Part shown: piece after piece, positions 1 through 12,513 of the stretch
Layout of the letters: each line of letters starts with the position of its first letter
Numbering within the stretch: the first letter of the stretch is position 1
From: the human T2T-CHM13v2.0 reference genome, Homo sapiens
DNA: 64,000 nucleotides
Reading direction: 5' to 3' (one strand)
Assembly: GCF_009914755.1 (NCBI RefSeq)
Contig: NC_060935.1
Translations under genes and position numbers: made by a program
The notes under the pieces: generated by a model
Told to the model about the DNA's origin: nothing
Seen by the model: only the letters and a program-made list of their open reading frames with translations
Database searches by the model: none

Positions 1-257
1 TCTCATCCCCAGAAAAGTCTGGCGTGGTCACTGTTGGGGCCAAAACTGCTGCAAGAAAAGCTCCTACACTTCCCAAATACCCTGACTTGGTTTCCACCGG
101 GCATTAGATCCTTCTAAGAGACGGCAGGGAGCAGCCTGCTGGAAACATGCAGAGCTGCTGGGTAAGACAGAGATGCTGTCAGCCACTAAGCGTGTCCCCA
201 TCACATCAGCATCACACCGGCTGAGGCCCTGCCTGCTGCTGTCTCTGGCTCTTCAGG

Positions 258-503
258 CAGCCCTCCCCTGAGGACTCGGCTCCCTATCAGCCATTAGTTA
301 ATTTTGCTCCTCCAGAAGGGAGGCCATTGCTGATCTGGTCTGTGGCATGGCTGCTGGCCATTTGCCACGCTGGTGAGCTCTTGCAAGAAGAAGAAGGCAC
401 AGCCTTTGCACAGCTGGGCAGGGGGGCCCTTCACTGGGCTGGGAGCTACCCTTCAGTCCTCCTGGGTCAGAAGAGCACTGAGCATTGCAAAAGGAGCTTT
501 CTC
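258..503 (+). repeat. Copy 1 of diverged local direct duplication (partner 2323-2589)
   Basis: Shared blocks include ctccctatcagcc.ttagtta and gggtcagaagagcactgagcattgcaaaaggagctttctc. Confidence 0.9.
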
Positions 504-560
504 CACCAATGTCACTCCAAAAGCCAATGTGTGAACATTCATTCCTTCAACAAATTTAAT

Positions 561-726
561 TTTTTTGTTTTTTTGGAGACAGGGTCTCTCTCTGTCACCC
601 AGGACAGAGTGCAGTGGTATGATCATAGCTCACTGCGTCCTCAAACTTTGGGACTCGAGTGATCCTCCTGCCTCAGCCTTCCACCCCTGAGTACCTGGGA
701 CTATAGACGTGAATCACCACCCTCAG
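561..726 (-). mobile_element. Old Alu monomer (FRAM/AluJ-arm-like) inserted in an L2 3'-end fragment (~536-960)
   Basis: T-tract, gagacagggtctc...gagtgcagtgg...gatcctcctgcctcagcc. Flanks show the L2 tail cattcattccttcaacaaa / aacaaatatttattgaatg. Confidence 0.8.
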
Positions 727-2322
727 TAAACAAATATTTATTGAATGAAAATCCATTGTTAGGCATTTCAGGCTGTCAGGATATGTATTGATGAATAAGA
801 GTTAAATCTCTGCCCTAATGAGGCTTACACCCTACAAGCCTACAACAATCAATATATCAGTAAATTATATAATGTGTTAGAGGGCAAGATAATATTTCCT
901 ATGAAAAAATTAGAGCTGGTGGTGGGGACCTGGAATGCTGGGGAGGGAAGGGTGGCAATTTTAAATGGAGTGGTTGGGTGGGGGCTGGAGAGCTCTTCCT
1001 GTGATGGTGAGAACTGAGCAGGAGCAGAGTCACAGGTAAGAAGGCAAAGGCTCAGGGAGGAGACTGGAGCCCAGCGTTCGGACTCCCAGGCCAGTGCTCT
1101 CCTGTGTCCTGCAGAAGCCACGCATGCATGGAGGCCTTGTCAGAGGCCCAGAGGCTGTGTGCATGTAAACCCTCACACTCAGGGACAGGGAGGGCTTTGG
1201 GGTGGCCAACCCCAGATCTGCTGTCCCCACCTCTACAGCTTTGTTCCTTGCTCCTCCCCAGTTGTGGTAGAACAATTGCCCCATTTTTGTTCTTTTAAAA
1301 AATTCTTTCTCCCTAGCCAGCGTTGGCCATTAGATGATGTAATTGGGCTATTTCGACAGCTTCCAACATCTTAATTATTGGCTGATGTTTCTTTCACAGT
1401 ATGGCTGGGAATGATGGAGGACCTCTTAGAATGGACTCTTGGGCAAGTCACTTAGCCTCTCTGTGCCTCAGTTTCTCTGAATACCTACACTCGCAGGTTC
1501 ATGCAGGTCACACTGTGAGGCCATTTTAGGCAGTTATGGATGGAGTGGTGAGTTTCTGGTTTCAAGCAGTCTTAGAAAGGATATTGCCAGCCTCACCCAT
1601 TGCCTTGACTTCCCTCACTCCCCAAACTCTGCCCCACCATTGATTCAGCACTGGGCTTTGCACATGCAGAATTTGGCAGAATCACAACCACCTCTAGGGA
1701 GAGAACTGGCTGTTCCTTAAAGTAGGTGATGATTTGGTGATAAACAGATTTATTCTATCCTGGTGCAGCTCAGGGAGTTTCTCTCCTAGAGTCTGGGGCC
1801 TTAATACTTCTTCCAAACAGATTTTGGGCTGCTCTTTTTGCTCAATGGACCCAAGTTCACCTGAATTCAGGGGAGCAAGAGGAAGAAAAATGCACTTGGA
1901 AACTGATGCTTAGTCCTTGACAACTTCCTGGCAGGCAGCATGTCTCTGTTCCTGCCCTATGGTCTTCCACACTGATTCCGAGGATCCGTGAATAATAATC
2001 TCCTCATGGGAACAGACTTAGCCAAACTTACTATGAGGAGCAATTGTTACTCACAGGGATGCAAACTTGAGTTGCTGACTCCAAGACAGGGAGCCAGGGC
2101 TCTGCCTTCAGACTCCACTTGCCCGCCCTCTCAGATTGATATTCCACTTTAAAATTCAGAGTGGTGCTGTGGGTTTCTTGGCCTGAATGGTCACAGGGAG
2201 TCTTGAGGGCTCTCACGGGGGGCTCAGATCCTTGGCAGAGTCTGTCTTTCCAGGCTGTGGACTGTGAGACCTATGCCCAGTTTTATGTCCCCAGCACCAT
2301 TTCCTCATCTATCCCACCAAAC

Positions 2323-2589
2323 CAGCCCTCTTCTGTGATCTCAGCTCCCTATCAGCCGTTAGTTACTTTCGCTCTTCCAGAAGGGAGGCCACTGTGCTGC
2401 TCTGGCCCATGGAATGGCTATTGGCTGCTGGCTGTTTGCCATGCCGTTGAGCTCTTGCAGGAACAAGAAGGCACTGAGCGTTTGCACAGCTGGGCAAGTG
2501 GGAGGGGTGGGGGCCTTCACTGGGCTGGGAATTGCCCCTCAGTCCTCCAGGGTCAGAAGAGCACTGAGCATTGCAAAAGGAGCTTTCTC
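2323..2589 (+). repeat. Copy 2 of diverged local direct duplication (partner 258-503)
   Basis: Collinear with copy 1, with small indels. Confidence 0.9.
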
Positions 2590-3140
2590 TACCCTTGGGG
2601 TGTTTGTTTTAAAACTGGATTTGCAGGGTTTACTCGAGAGATTTGCATAGTAGAGAGAAACAGGGAAATGCTGGGAAGTTTTGTCTGGGGCATCCCGCCT
2701 TTGTTTGACCTGGTAGGAGGATAAATCTCAGGGACAGGTCTCAAGGCTGCCTCCAACCTCACTGTTCCTCCTTCTATCCTGGGAATAGAGCTAGGCAACC
2801 TTTTGGAGGTCTCCTGTGTGCATCCCAGCTTGGGGGATTTTAATTTGCGTAGTGCTGGTGTGGAAGAAGGATATGAGTTTCAAATCAGACTTCAGTTCAG
2901 AGCACCAATTACTCACTGTGTGGCCTTGGACAAGTTTGTGAACCTCTCTGAGCATTAGTTTCTTAACCTATAAAGTGGAGAGGACAGCAACTACTCTTGA
3001 GGGTAACTGGAATACTGCAATGTCCTAACCTATGCAAAATGCCTGAAGTATCCTGTAAAGCTTCTCTTTCCCCAGTGGAAGAGAATTCGGAAAGAAAGCT
3101 TATTTACCTAAAATGCATGTTGATCCCTCTCTTTCTAAAG

Positions 3141-3203
3141 GAAAAGAAGTCACCTTCAGGGTTCCATTTTCATCCCAGCCATTTGAGAACAGTGCATCCT
3201 CAG
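3141..3203 (+). CDS. MICAL2: MICAL2 internal coding exon (63 nt, phase 0-0): EKKSPSGFHFHPSHLRTVHPQ
   Basis: Acceptor ctctttctaaag|GAA and donor CAG|gtgagt. The peptide matches my recollection of human MICAL2 upstream of the LIM domain and joins in frame to the 9600 exon. Confidence 0.92.
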
Positions 3204-4215
3204 GTGAGTTAGAGCCTCCCTGAACTTCAGCTGCCTCACCTGCAAAGGGGGATTATCAGACCCACCTGCAGGGCTCTGGGAGTTAAGCGCATATGATCAG
3301 CAGCAGTACAGTGCCTGGCACCAGGGGACGAAGGTGGGCAGACATGTGCTTGTACTGGGAGCTCACAGCCCCTAAGGCCTGCCTGCGTCTCAGCTCTGAA
3401 CTTGTAATTTCCAGACACCCTTGAACACAGTGATTTCAGTTCTTTGCCTGCCCTCCTACCCCCAGCCCTGGGCATATGGCCGAGGAATCAGATCCAACAG
3501 GCTGTCCTCTGATGTCTTCTCATACAGGGACTCCTCAGTGAGGATGTCCTTGCCCAAGTGGATCCAACAGACCACCTCTAGCCCTACGTGTCAAAAGCTC
3601 CCCTTCCTGTGAGCCCTCTCTTCTGAGGCCCTGCACATTCTGCTCTCACTGCTGCCTTACCCACGTGGGCTTGCTCGATGCTCCTGGCAGGCTGTGTGGC
3701 CACAGGTGGCCAAACTCAGCGGAGAAGTGTAGCCGGGACACCTGGTAATCTTGGCTCAGTTCCAGGCACAGGGAGGAACGTTTCCATTGTTCTCACACAA
3801 ACAGGGCCTGGAGCCTGCTTTTTCCTGCATTCGCAGTTTCTGCCTTGTGCCAGGAATGTCGAGGTGAATAAGACAGGTCACTCAGGGAGTGCAAACTGAG
3901 GAAGAGATGGGCCAGCTCGGTGCAGTGTGAGGAACGCTCTGATATCTAGGCGGGGACCATCATTCTGCGTGGGGTCACAGGATCACTTGGAAAATGCCTC
4001 TTTGTAGAGGTCTAGCCATCGTCTGCAGCCTCTGGCATGGGTGCGTGTGACAACAGCTGCGTCGCCGTGTTTCTATCTAGATTGGCTCTGGGGAGAGGAG
4101 GCAGGGAGCTCGTCCTGTGTGGGCCATGCCACTCTTGTGCAGAGGAAAGTGATTTAAGACAAGAGAGAAGTCCCAGAACATGGAAATGCAAAGCTGCACA
4201 AACGGCCGTGCTTTG

Positions 4216-4345
4216 TTTTAATTTTTGTGGGTACGTAGTAGGTGTATATATGCATGGGGTACATGAGATGTTTGAATACAGGCATGCAATGTGAAATAAG
4301 CACATCACAGAGAATGGGGTATCCATTCCCTCAAGCATTTATCCC
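4216..4345 (-). mobile_element. 5'-truncated L1 3'-end fragment (L1MA-like) with 15-bp TSD
   Basis: Flanked by aacggccgtgctttg (4201-4215) and aatggccgtgctttg (4346-4360). The interior is typical antisense L1 3' UTR. Confidence 0.8.
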
Positions 4346-4957
4346 AATGGCCGTGCTTTGGACTCACTATCTGCCGCGTGCCTCCTGCATGGCCCAGGTT
4401 CTTTCAGGAGTCTTTTCCTCAGCCCTGCAAGGTTGGTGGAAGTCTCTCCATTTTACAGATGAAGAAGTTGAGGCTCACAGAAGGGAAATGGCGTATGTGA
4501 GGTTAACCTCGTGTAATGTGAGATGATTGCCCTCCTGAAATGTTCTAATTAATTTGCTGAAAAATAATTAGAATTCAAAAGGCAGGAAAAGGTAATGAAA
4601 AGCACCTAAATTCTTGAAAATTACAAGAATATTGAGAGATATTTAAAGGGTTGCAAAAGCAGTCCCATGGGACTTTGAAATTACTAGTTCTTAAAAAAAC
4701 TAGAGGCTGGAACATGATCATCTTTGACCAGATCATCAGATTGTCCAACTTTGCATTTAGATGAATTGTTCCCAGCCTAATTATAAGCTCTTCTCTTGAC
4801 CAGCCTCCCCAGGAGTGTGGTGTCTTGCCATCAATGCATGCTTCTGTTTGGTAGGAACCACTGGACTGGCTCTAACCCTGAGGTCCACACCAGGGTGACT
4901 TATCTAGGATTTCTCCATGAGTTGAGCATTTATTTCTCAGGATCGTGAGAACCTGAG

Positions 4958-5230
4958 CAGTGCTACTCAAAGTGTGGGCCACAGGCAGGGACTGGGCTGT
5001 AATCCCATGATTATAGCAAGTGAGAGAGAGTAAGTGTTGGAAACTTGTAGAACCATTTGATATTGCCACACATTCAAGTGTGTGATCATATTTCTAGTTT
5101 ATTTTCATTGTATCTGGAAATAACAGGCCATAATGGATTAAATGTTTAAAAAGAAAAAACCTGTCATTAGCCACAGATAGTTTGAGGAGCAGTGAGCTAA
5201 GCCACAGTGAGTTTGAGGAGCAGTGAGCTA
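4958..5230. mobile_element. hAT-Charlie-like non-autonomous DNA element with a tandemly duplicated right end
   Basis: Termini cagtgctactcaaa ... tttgaggagcagtg are imperfect inverted repeats. A 31-bp unit is repeated at 5169-5199 and 5200-5230. Confidence 0.6.
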
Positions 5231-5530
5231 GCAGAAGCCAGCTAGTTAGTTATATCCTCACTCTGAGAGCCGGTAAGGCCGTCCTGCTGTCAAGAAATAG
5301 AAGATAACCCTTGATGCCCAGGGCAACATTCACCTTCACATTGGCCTTTGGGGTTGGCTTCAAAGGCTCTCCCCTCATCCCAGGAGACAAGTTCTCCATC
5401 ACCTTATTTCCCTGTGGCCTCTCAAAGAAGTGCTGGTCTACCTCTTGGTGATTCTGGAATGCATTTCATCAGGTTGGGAAGGGCAGGTAGGAGACCCAGT
5501 ACTGATTTCCTTAAGGGTGCTTCCATTTCA

Positions 5531-5564
<34 letters not shown>

Positions 5565-7479
5565 ATGTCACCCTCTCGGGGTGGATGTGTGGGTGCCACG
5601 GGGAGAAAGGGGGCTTTTGGACCTAATGAAAGGTGGGACCAGGTGTGGTCTTCATCCTGGATCCCCTGCGCAGATGACCCAGACTGTGCCCTGTGCTGCA
5701 GGACAATGGAGCAGCTCTGCAGCTGCTCAGTTTTGGCTGCACCTCCCAGCAACCTCGCAGCCCTCTGCATGCTTCAGTAATGCCTCCCCAAGTCACGGTT
5801 GCTCAGAAGCTCAGTGCACAAAGTGCTTATTAGCTAAGTAGTTAATAAGGTCTCATTAGGGATTTGTATTAAAAGCTCCAAAAAGTATAGTCTCTGCTTA
5901 CTCAGGGGAGGCAGTAATTGTGCATGGGTATCTTGGCATCACTGTGGTGCCTTTCTGGGAGAATACCGTGGAGCCCGTTCACACACTGTGCCAGTGGAGG
6001 CAGTCACACAAGGGGCTGGGCAGGCAGTGCTGAGAATATAACTGACCTCCCTGCCTTTCCTCCCACAAAGCCCAGGAAGTCCTTTGTATCCTATAGCCCC
6101 TATCTGAGGGGCCAAGCTGGGGGCCCCAGCAGGGGATGGAACATCAGGCAAACAATGGCTTATTGTCCTGAGCTGATACACCTGAACCTTTCTTGGAAGC
6201 AGGGGCTAAATTTCTTGGCATTTGTGGCCTCCTGGAAATGGCAGACAGTATGCTTAGAAGCAGAATCCTAATCCCTCCCAGGTTGGGCCAGAGTAGAGGC
6301 CAGGGTGGAAGGGGGAGCCAGGCCTGACAGCTGCTCCCAAGAAGTGGCAGGCTTGGTAAACTCTGATGAGGTCCCATCTGTCTAAGTTCAAGGGATCAGA
6401 CACCCCCAGCAAGCCTGCATCCATGTCCTCTGCAGGCCCCAAAGCCACACACATGGTCTGGAGTGACCATTCCAAAGGTGCTGTAATGTTGGGCTTCCTA
6501 ATCAGAAAGGGAGCAAGGAGCTCCTGGGCTTTGTTTGCACCAGTCTGCCAGGCACTCCTTTCCCTGCTCAGCCCTATTTAGTGCCTGTGCTTTCGCTGGA
6601 AGCCAGTGAGTTAGCCTTAGGCCCTGAGGATGGGCACTGCTACCAGGAATAGGGGAGCTGTGGTGAGCCCGTCATCTGCTTTGCAGTTCCCTGGACTCCC
6701 TGCTTTATGTTTGAGGCTTTCTCTTATCAGTTTAGATGTGACCTCCCAAGGGCAGTCTTGGGTTTTGATGGAAGTCATCATTTCACCCACACACAAGTTA
6801 CTGTTATTTGGTGTGGTGATGGATATCAACCCCTGCCCAGAGGCCCTGCAGCCTCCATTGCTGCTCTCTCTGGCCACATCTCCCAGAGGCTGGGTTCAGA
6901 AGCTGGGGAGGACCTAGAGCTTCCCTCACTCTACGATCCTGGGATCAGGAGCAGTGTTTCTAGAATCTCATGCTATGTGTATTTACCTCCCACAAGAAGA
7001 GACTGCAGCGATACCAGGGTGGGCTTCCAGAGCAGGCTTCCAGAGCTGGGGGTGAGGGGTGAAGGGGAGAGCAAGCTGGGGTTTGCAGAAGGGGGTATGT
7101 ATAATTGTGCCATGCTCTTTGGGCTGTCAGCTTCCACCCCTTCCCCAGCTCTTTGACACCTTGGTGGGGGTCCAGGCATTTGTAGGTACCCTCAGGAGCA
7201 CAGGCACCCACAACCTGTCACTGGGCCATGCACCCCAGGGCCCAGGCAGAGCTGCCACCTCGCTGTCTCCAAGCCGACCTTGCCTGGCGCTAGCTCTGGA
7301 GCCTGCTGCAGTCCCCATCCTGTCCTACCTGCCCAGTGTGCGCCCATTCCACATACTGCTCTTGTTGGCAGGGTGGGCTGTGGTCCTGCTGGGAGGGACC
7401 TGGGAGCTTCAAGGCAGGCTAGGGCAGGCTGAATCTAGAGGAGGGAAGGGAGGGAGGAAGCAAGGTATAAGAAAAAAAC

Positions 7480-8165
7480 TGCTTCTCTCTACTCTCACAC
7501 CACTCACCTCTGGTCACCAAATAAAGTGGGGATGTTTCTCCCCACCAACAAAATCTATAAATGGAAAGGTTTTCCCTGAGTTCTACGAGCGATCCTTGCA
7601 AATTAGTTAAACCCGAGGAGGGAAACACGGTTACTGGTTTATTATACAGGATCTTATCAAGGATAGGGAGGAACAGCCAGGTGAGGAGAGGCACAGGGCA
7701 GGGCATGTGGGAAAGGGTGGGCACCTCTCTGCCGTCTCTGGGGCACTGCCCTTCAGGGGCCTCTGCATGGTCCACCCTCCAGAAGCTCCAAACCCTAACC
7801 TTTTCGGTTTCTATGGAGGCTTCGTTATGAAGGGCATGATCGATTACATCACTGGCTGTTGGTGATTAACTCAACCTTCAGCCTCTCCGCCCTTGTAGGT
7901 CAGTGTGTGGGACTGAAAGTTCCAACCCTTTAATCACAGGGTTGGTTCCCCTGGCAACCAGCCCCATCCTGAAGCTATCCAGGAGCTCAAGAGTCACCTC
8001 GTTCCAGCAAAGGATGCTCCTATCACCCAGGAAATCCCAGGGGCTTTAGGATCTCTGCATCAGATGCTGCTGTCACTCAGAAAGGTACAAAGGTCTTAGG
8101 AGCTCTGCCTCAGGAACCAGGGGGCAGAGTCCAAATATGTATTTCCGACCATATCACAATATCAC
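7480..8165 (-). mobile_element. MER21-family LTR relic
   Basis: Ends in ...atatcacaatatcaca (reverse complement TGTGATATTGTGATAT, a MER21-like start) with characteristic gggactgaaagttccaaccct...ggttcccctggcaacc. Confidence 0.7.
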
Positions 8166-8847
8166 ACAAGGTAGTCCTGGCCCAGAGCCTGCCAAGTGCC
8201 AGGCAATAGGACACACATTCTCTCGTGCAGTCCTTCCCACAAACTCGGGAGACAGGTATAACTCTCCCCATTTTACTAAATGAGGAACTGAGCTCAGAAG
8301 TTCTGTGCTTTACGCCAAGTCTCAGCACTGGCCCATGGTGGAGCTGGGCCCATACCCTTCCCCTGGTCTTGCTGGTCCCTGAGCAGCTGCCTGCAGCCCT
8401 CCGGGGACAAGGGGTCTCTGGAAGAGGGTGGCCGCAGTCTGGCAGTCTACCTTTCTGTCTGAGGGGGCTTGGTTCCTGATTTTCTTCTCTTCTTTGCTTG
8501 GCTTGTCTAACTCGCAGGTTTTTGGGGCTTTTGGGTAATGATTGGGTCTGAGTACCACGTTTACCCCATGCCCCTGCTGAGTGAAGCTGTGAATGCCCCA
8601 GGGCTGGGGGGCAGGAGACCAGAGTACAGTCTGGAATCTTGAATTTATTTGCTAAGCGGCCTCAGATAGACCGTTCCCTTCTCTGGGATTCATGTACATA
8701 TCTGTGCAATGAGAGGCTCAGGAACTTTGGAAGGCCTTGCACCCCACGGTGAATGTAACAGTCCCATGGCCCACCCAGGACTAAAAGGCTTTTGGTTTTT
8801 AATCTTTTTTTTCCTCGAATTTTTTTATTGTGTTAAAACATACATGA

Positions 8848-9190
<343 letters not shown>

Positions 9191-9599
9191 TAAGGGTACG
9201 GTTTAGTGGTATTAAATACATCCTTCGTGTGCAACCCTCACCATCCTCCCACTCCAGAACTCTTAGTTGTTGTAAAACTGGAACTCTGTACCCACTAAAC
9301 AACAGCAACCACTGTTCTACTGCCTGTCTCTACGATTTTGACTACTCTAGGTACCACATATAAGTGGAATCCTAGAGTACTTGTGTTTTTGCGGCCACAG
9401 GGTTTTATTTATTTTCTTTTCTCCACCTCCAGAATCCCCGCGTTCTGCTCCTGGCTGGTTTTGCTTCTCCTGGGTCGTGGGGTGCTATTTGCATGTGGGT
9501 GAGGAGCCCTCTCCCCATCCATCCTGCTTGTGTTTTCCTCCTGGGTGCTAACTGGCCTCTACCTTTGTCTCTGTCTCCTCTGCCTCTGCTCTTGGTTAG

Positions 9600-9707
9600 C
9601 TGACGGTAGGGAAAGTGTCCAGCGGAATAGGGGCTGCAGCTGAAGTCCTGGTCAATCTGTACATGAATGATCACAGACCTAAGGCCCAGGCCACCTCTCC
9701 AGACCTG
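9600..9707 (+). CDS. MICAL2: MICAL2 coding exon (108 nt, phase 0-0): [36 protein letters not shown]
   Basis: Branch-point-like gctaac (~9547), long pyrimidine tract, ttag|CTG acceptor and CTG|gtaagg donor. Peptide recognised as MICAL2. Confidence 0.93.
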
Positions 9708-10741
9708 GTAAGGACATGCACCCCCAGCCTTCACCCACAGACACTGGCTCTGGCATCCCAGGGCGGGCACATGGGATGTCGAGAGGATGCCCTGGCCCTC
9801 CCGAGGCTCCTCTTCTCTTGGAACAAGAGGGGGCTGAGAATGAGCTGAATCAGGGCAGAAGTTAAAAGGAGCCTGCTTTTCCTTAAAGACAGATCTCACT
9901 CAGGTCCCCTGTGGTCTTTTTGAAAATAGAGATCTTCCTGCTCTCTGTGGCTTTGGAGAACGGCCTGGTAGAAAGGCCCAGGTGAGGCCGTGAGCATAAT
10001 TGAATGGCCCTCACTTTCAGTGTTTAGTGTCCAACCTGAACAGACTCTGTGCATTGGATTGAGAAAAAGGTCATGGGGAAAATAGCCCTTTGATTTGAAT
10101 TCTCCCTTTCTCTAAACTGGGCTGCTCGCTGCCATCACCAGGAATTTTAGTTGACCATTCTTTCTGTTTCCTTTTGGCCCATTGCCCTGGAATCGCCCAG
10201 GGGTACTGCTGCCCTGGCCCGTGCCCTCCCAATTCACAACTAGGACTATAACTGACCAGATTTGATGCCACAAGCTTTCCTCACCCAACCTGTGCCACTG
10301 CAGGGGAACAGGACACCTAAAACATCCTCAGCGGGCCAGTTTCAGGACCTTTGTCCAGAACCAGGTGACACTTAATCCCAAGGACAGATCCTGGAAAGAA
10401 TATCCTGGGGTGGACAGGGTTGTGAGTAAAGCCCACTCCGTCAGACCAGGATCACTCCCACCCCAAAACCAGAGCAGCCAACCTCGGGGAGAGCCCCTCC
10501 CGGGCCCACCTTGTTGTCTCGGGCCTGTCTGGGAGTACAGTTAACAGAAGCCCCTGCAGGGTTGGGGTCTGGGTTGGGGGTGTATCTTCCTACCCCTCCC
10601 TCTTTGCTGCAGTGGCAGTAGCAGGAAGCAGAAGCCCACGAGGTCCCCAGCATTCAGTGTGGAATTTCTAAAAGCCTTGGCCTGGCATTTGAAGGCTCGG
10701 GATAAGCCATAATACACCCACTCTTCTCTCCCGATCCCCAG

Positions 10742-10928
10742 GAATCTATGCGAAAGTCATTTCCCCTTAACCTGGGAGGCAGCGACACGTGTTACTTCTG
10801 TAAGAAACGTGTGTACGTGATGGAACGGCTGAGCGCCGAGGGCCACTTCTTCCACCGGGAGTGTTTCCGCTGCAGCATCTGTGCCACCACCTTGCGCCTG
10901 GCCGCCTACACCTTTGACTGCGATGAAG
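10742..10928 (+). CDS. MICAL2: MICAL2 coding exon (187 nt, phase 0-1) encoding most of the LIM zinc-binding domain
   Basis: cccag|GAA acceptor and G|gtaacc donor. Translates [62 protein letters not shown], with the LIM pattern CxxC...HxxCxxCxxC. Confidence 0.97.
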
Positions 10929-11479
10929 GTAACCCCAGGGGCCAGGGCAGCACTGGGCTCTGGCCTTGGCCTCAGGTGTGACCTTGGCTCGGGTTCCTGT
11001 CCCTCTGGTGGCTCTAGGACACCCAAACATACCCAAAAGGAAGTATGATGTCATCAGGAAAGCTGCTCAGGGAGACTGGGAGCTCCTGCTAGAAGGGGAG
11101 GCTGCCTGTGGTCCCAGGGAAGGGGTAGCATCAGCACTGTGGTACGGCATACCAGGTCCTGGTGGGCACCTGTGTGCCCAGGGCTCTATGTACCTCTTCT
11201 TATGTAGCCTCACCACCCTCCATTGTCCCTGTATGGCCAAGAAAATCCAACCTGATACTCTCCATTGCATGCTCAGCACCACACCTGGCATGCAGTAAGG
11301 TTCACCAAATGATGCAATGTTAATATTACTTACATAGTATGTGTTTTTAAAATAACCATCATAATGATATTCCCTCTGATAAGTGGCCTAACAAAGACAT
11401 CAATGGAGGAATCATGCTCATCGGAACGAATGATTATTTTCTAATTTTCAGCACTTGACATTTGCTCTGTCACCTATAA

Positions 11480-11730
11480 CGAGAGGCAGTATAGCATGGT
11501 GCTCAATACACACCCTCAAATTAAACTGCCTGGGTTCCACTCCAGAGTCTACCACCTCCTAAGCATGGAACCTTGGGCTTGTTACTTAAACTCTTCGTCC
11601 CCCAGTTTCCTCATCTGTAAAATGAGGTTAACGGTAGTCCTTAGCTCTCAGGGTGGTTGTGATGACTGATGAGTTAATTCATGTGAAGCTCATAGCATCA
11701 TGCCTGGCATACAGTCATTCCTATGTAAGT
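11480..11730 (+). mobile_element. MIR
   Basis: Core cagtttcctcatctgtaaaatgagg ... tgcctggcatacagt. Similar MIR fragments lie at ~1435, 2870, 4410, 8190, 24710, 27110 and 30170. Confidence 0.8.
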
Positions 11731-12424
11731 GTCCCCTACTGTTACAATTTTTACTATTGCTATTGTTACCAGTGCAGCAGTGAGCAAGGAAGGCTTGTCT
11801 GGAAGGCGCACAGTGGTCCTGGGCAGTGGCAGTTTCCCAGTGCGTGCCCCGTCTGGGTCTTTTCCTCCCCATCACTGCTGCCATTTGCTCTCAGCATTTC
11901 CCACCCGCCAGGTATTCCACAAAGAAAGACTGAGGGTGTTCATACTCGAAGCTGTCCATTTAGCTGCCTGGCAACCGGTCTTATGAAGAAACTTGGCCTC
12001 AGTTTGATTTGGGGATTTTTTTTAAATGTTGTCCTATTTATTATAAAGGATGCAGAGGAGCAGCCAGATGGAAAAGAGGCATGGGGTGTGGTATGGGAGA
12101 AGGGGCTCAGAGCTCCCATGCCCTCTCCGGGTGCGGGCATGCCACCCTACGGGAGCCGGCATGGTTTGAAGGTCTTAGCCACATCCCCGGGAGCCCCCCA
12201 TTGCTGGAGCTTGTCTCTGAGGCAGCAAAGGGCCCTCCTACCTTATCTCAGTGCCACTTCTTTAAGGAAGGTGACAGAAGCCGTTTCCCAAGTTTGAGCC
12301 ACCCTGGGCTATTTCCATCGTTACTATTTTCTGACTTGGACAGTGGTGGGCACTTGGCTTTTGTCTACTTAGCTCTAGTTTACAGGAGAAAAATTTTTCT
12401 GTATGTGTGTGCCTCTTTTTACAG

Positions 12425-12513
12425 GCAAATTTTACTGCAAGCCTCACTTCATTCACTGTAAAACCAATAGCAAACAACGGAAGAGACGGGCAGAGTTGAA
12501 GCAACAAAGAGAG
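12425..12513 (+). CDS. MICAL2: MICAL2 coding exon (89 nt, phase 1-0): end of LIM (GKFYCKPHF) plus basic stretch [14 protein letters not shown]
   Basis: tttttacag|GC acceptor and GAG|gtatgt donor. Supplies the final CxxH ligands of the LIM domain in frame with the previous exon. Confidence 0.96.

Noticed and set aside
327-2724. Two similar ORFs (327..662 and 2161..2724) suggesting paralogous small genes
   Set aside because: The similarity comes from the non-coding duplication. Indels differ, one ORF runs into an Alu, and there are no convincing splice or start signals.
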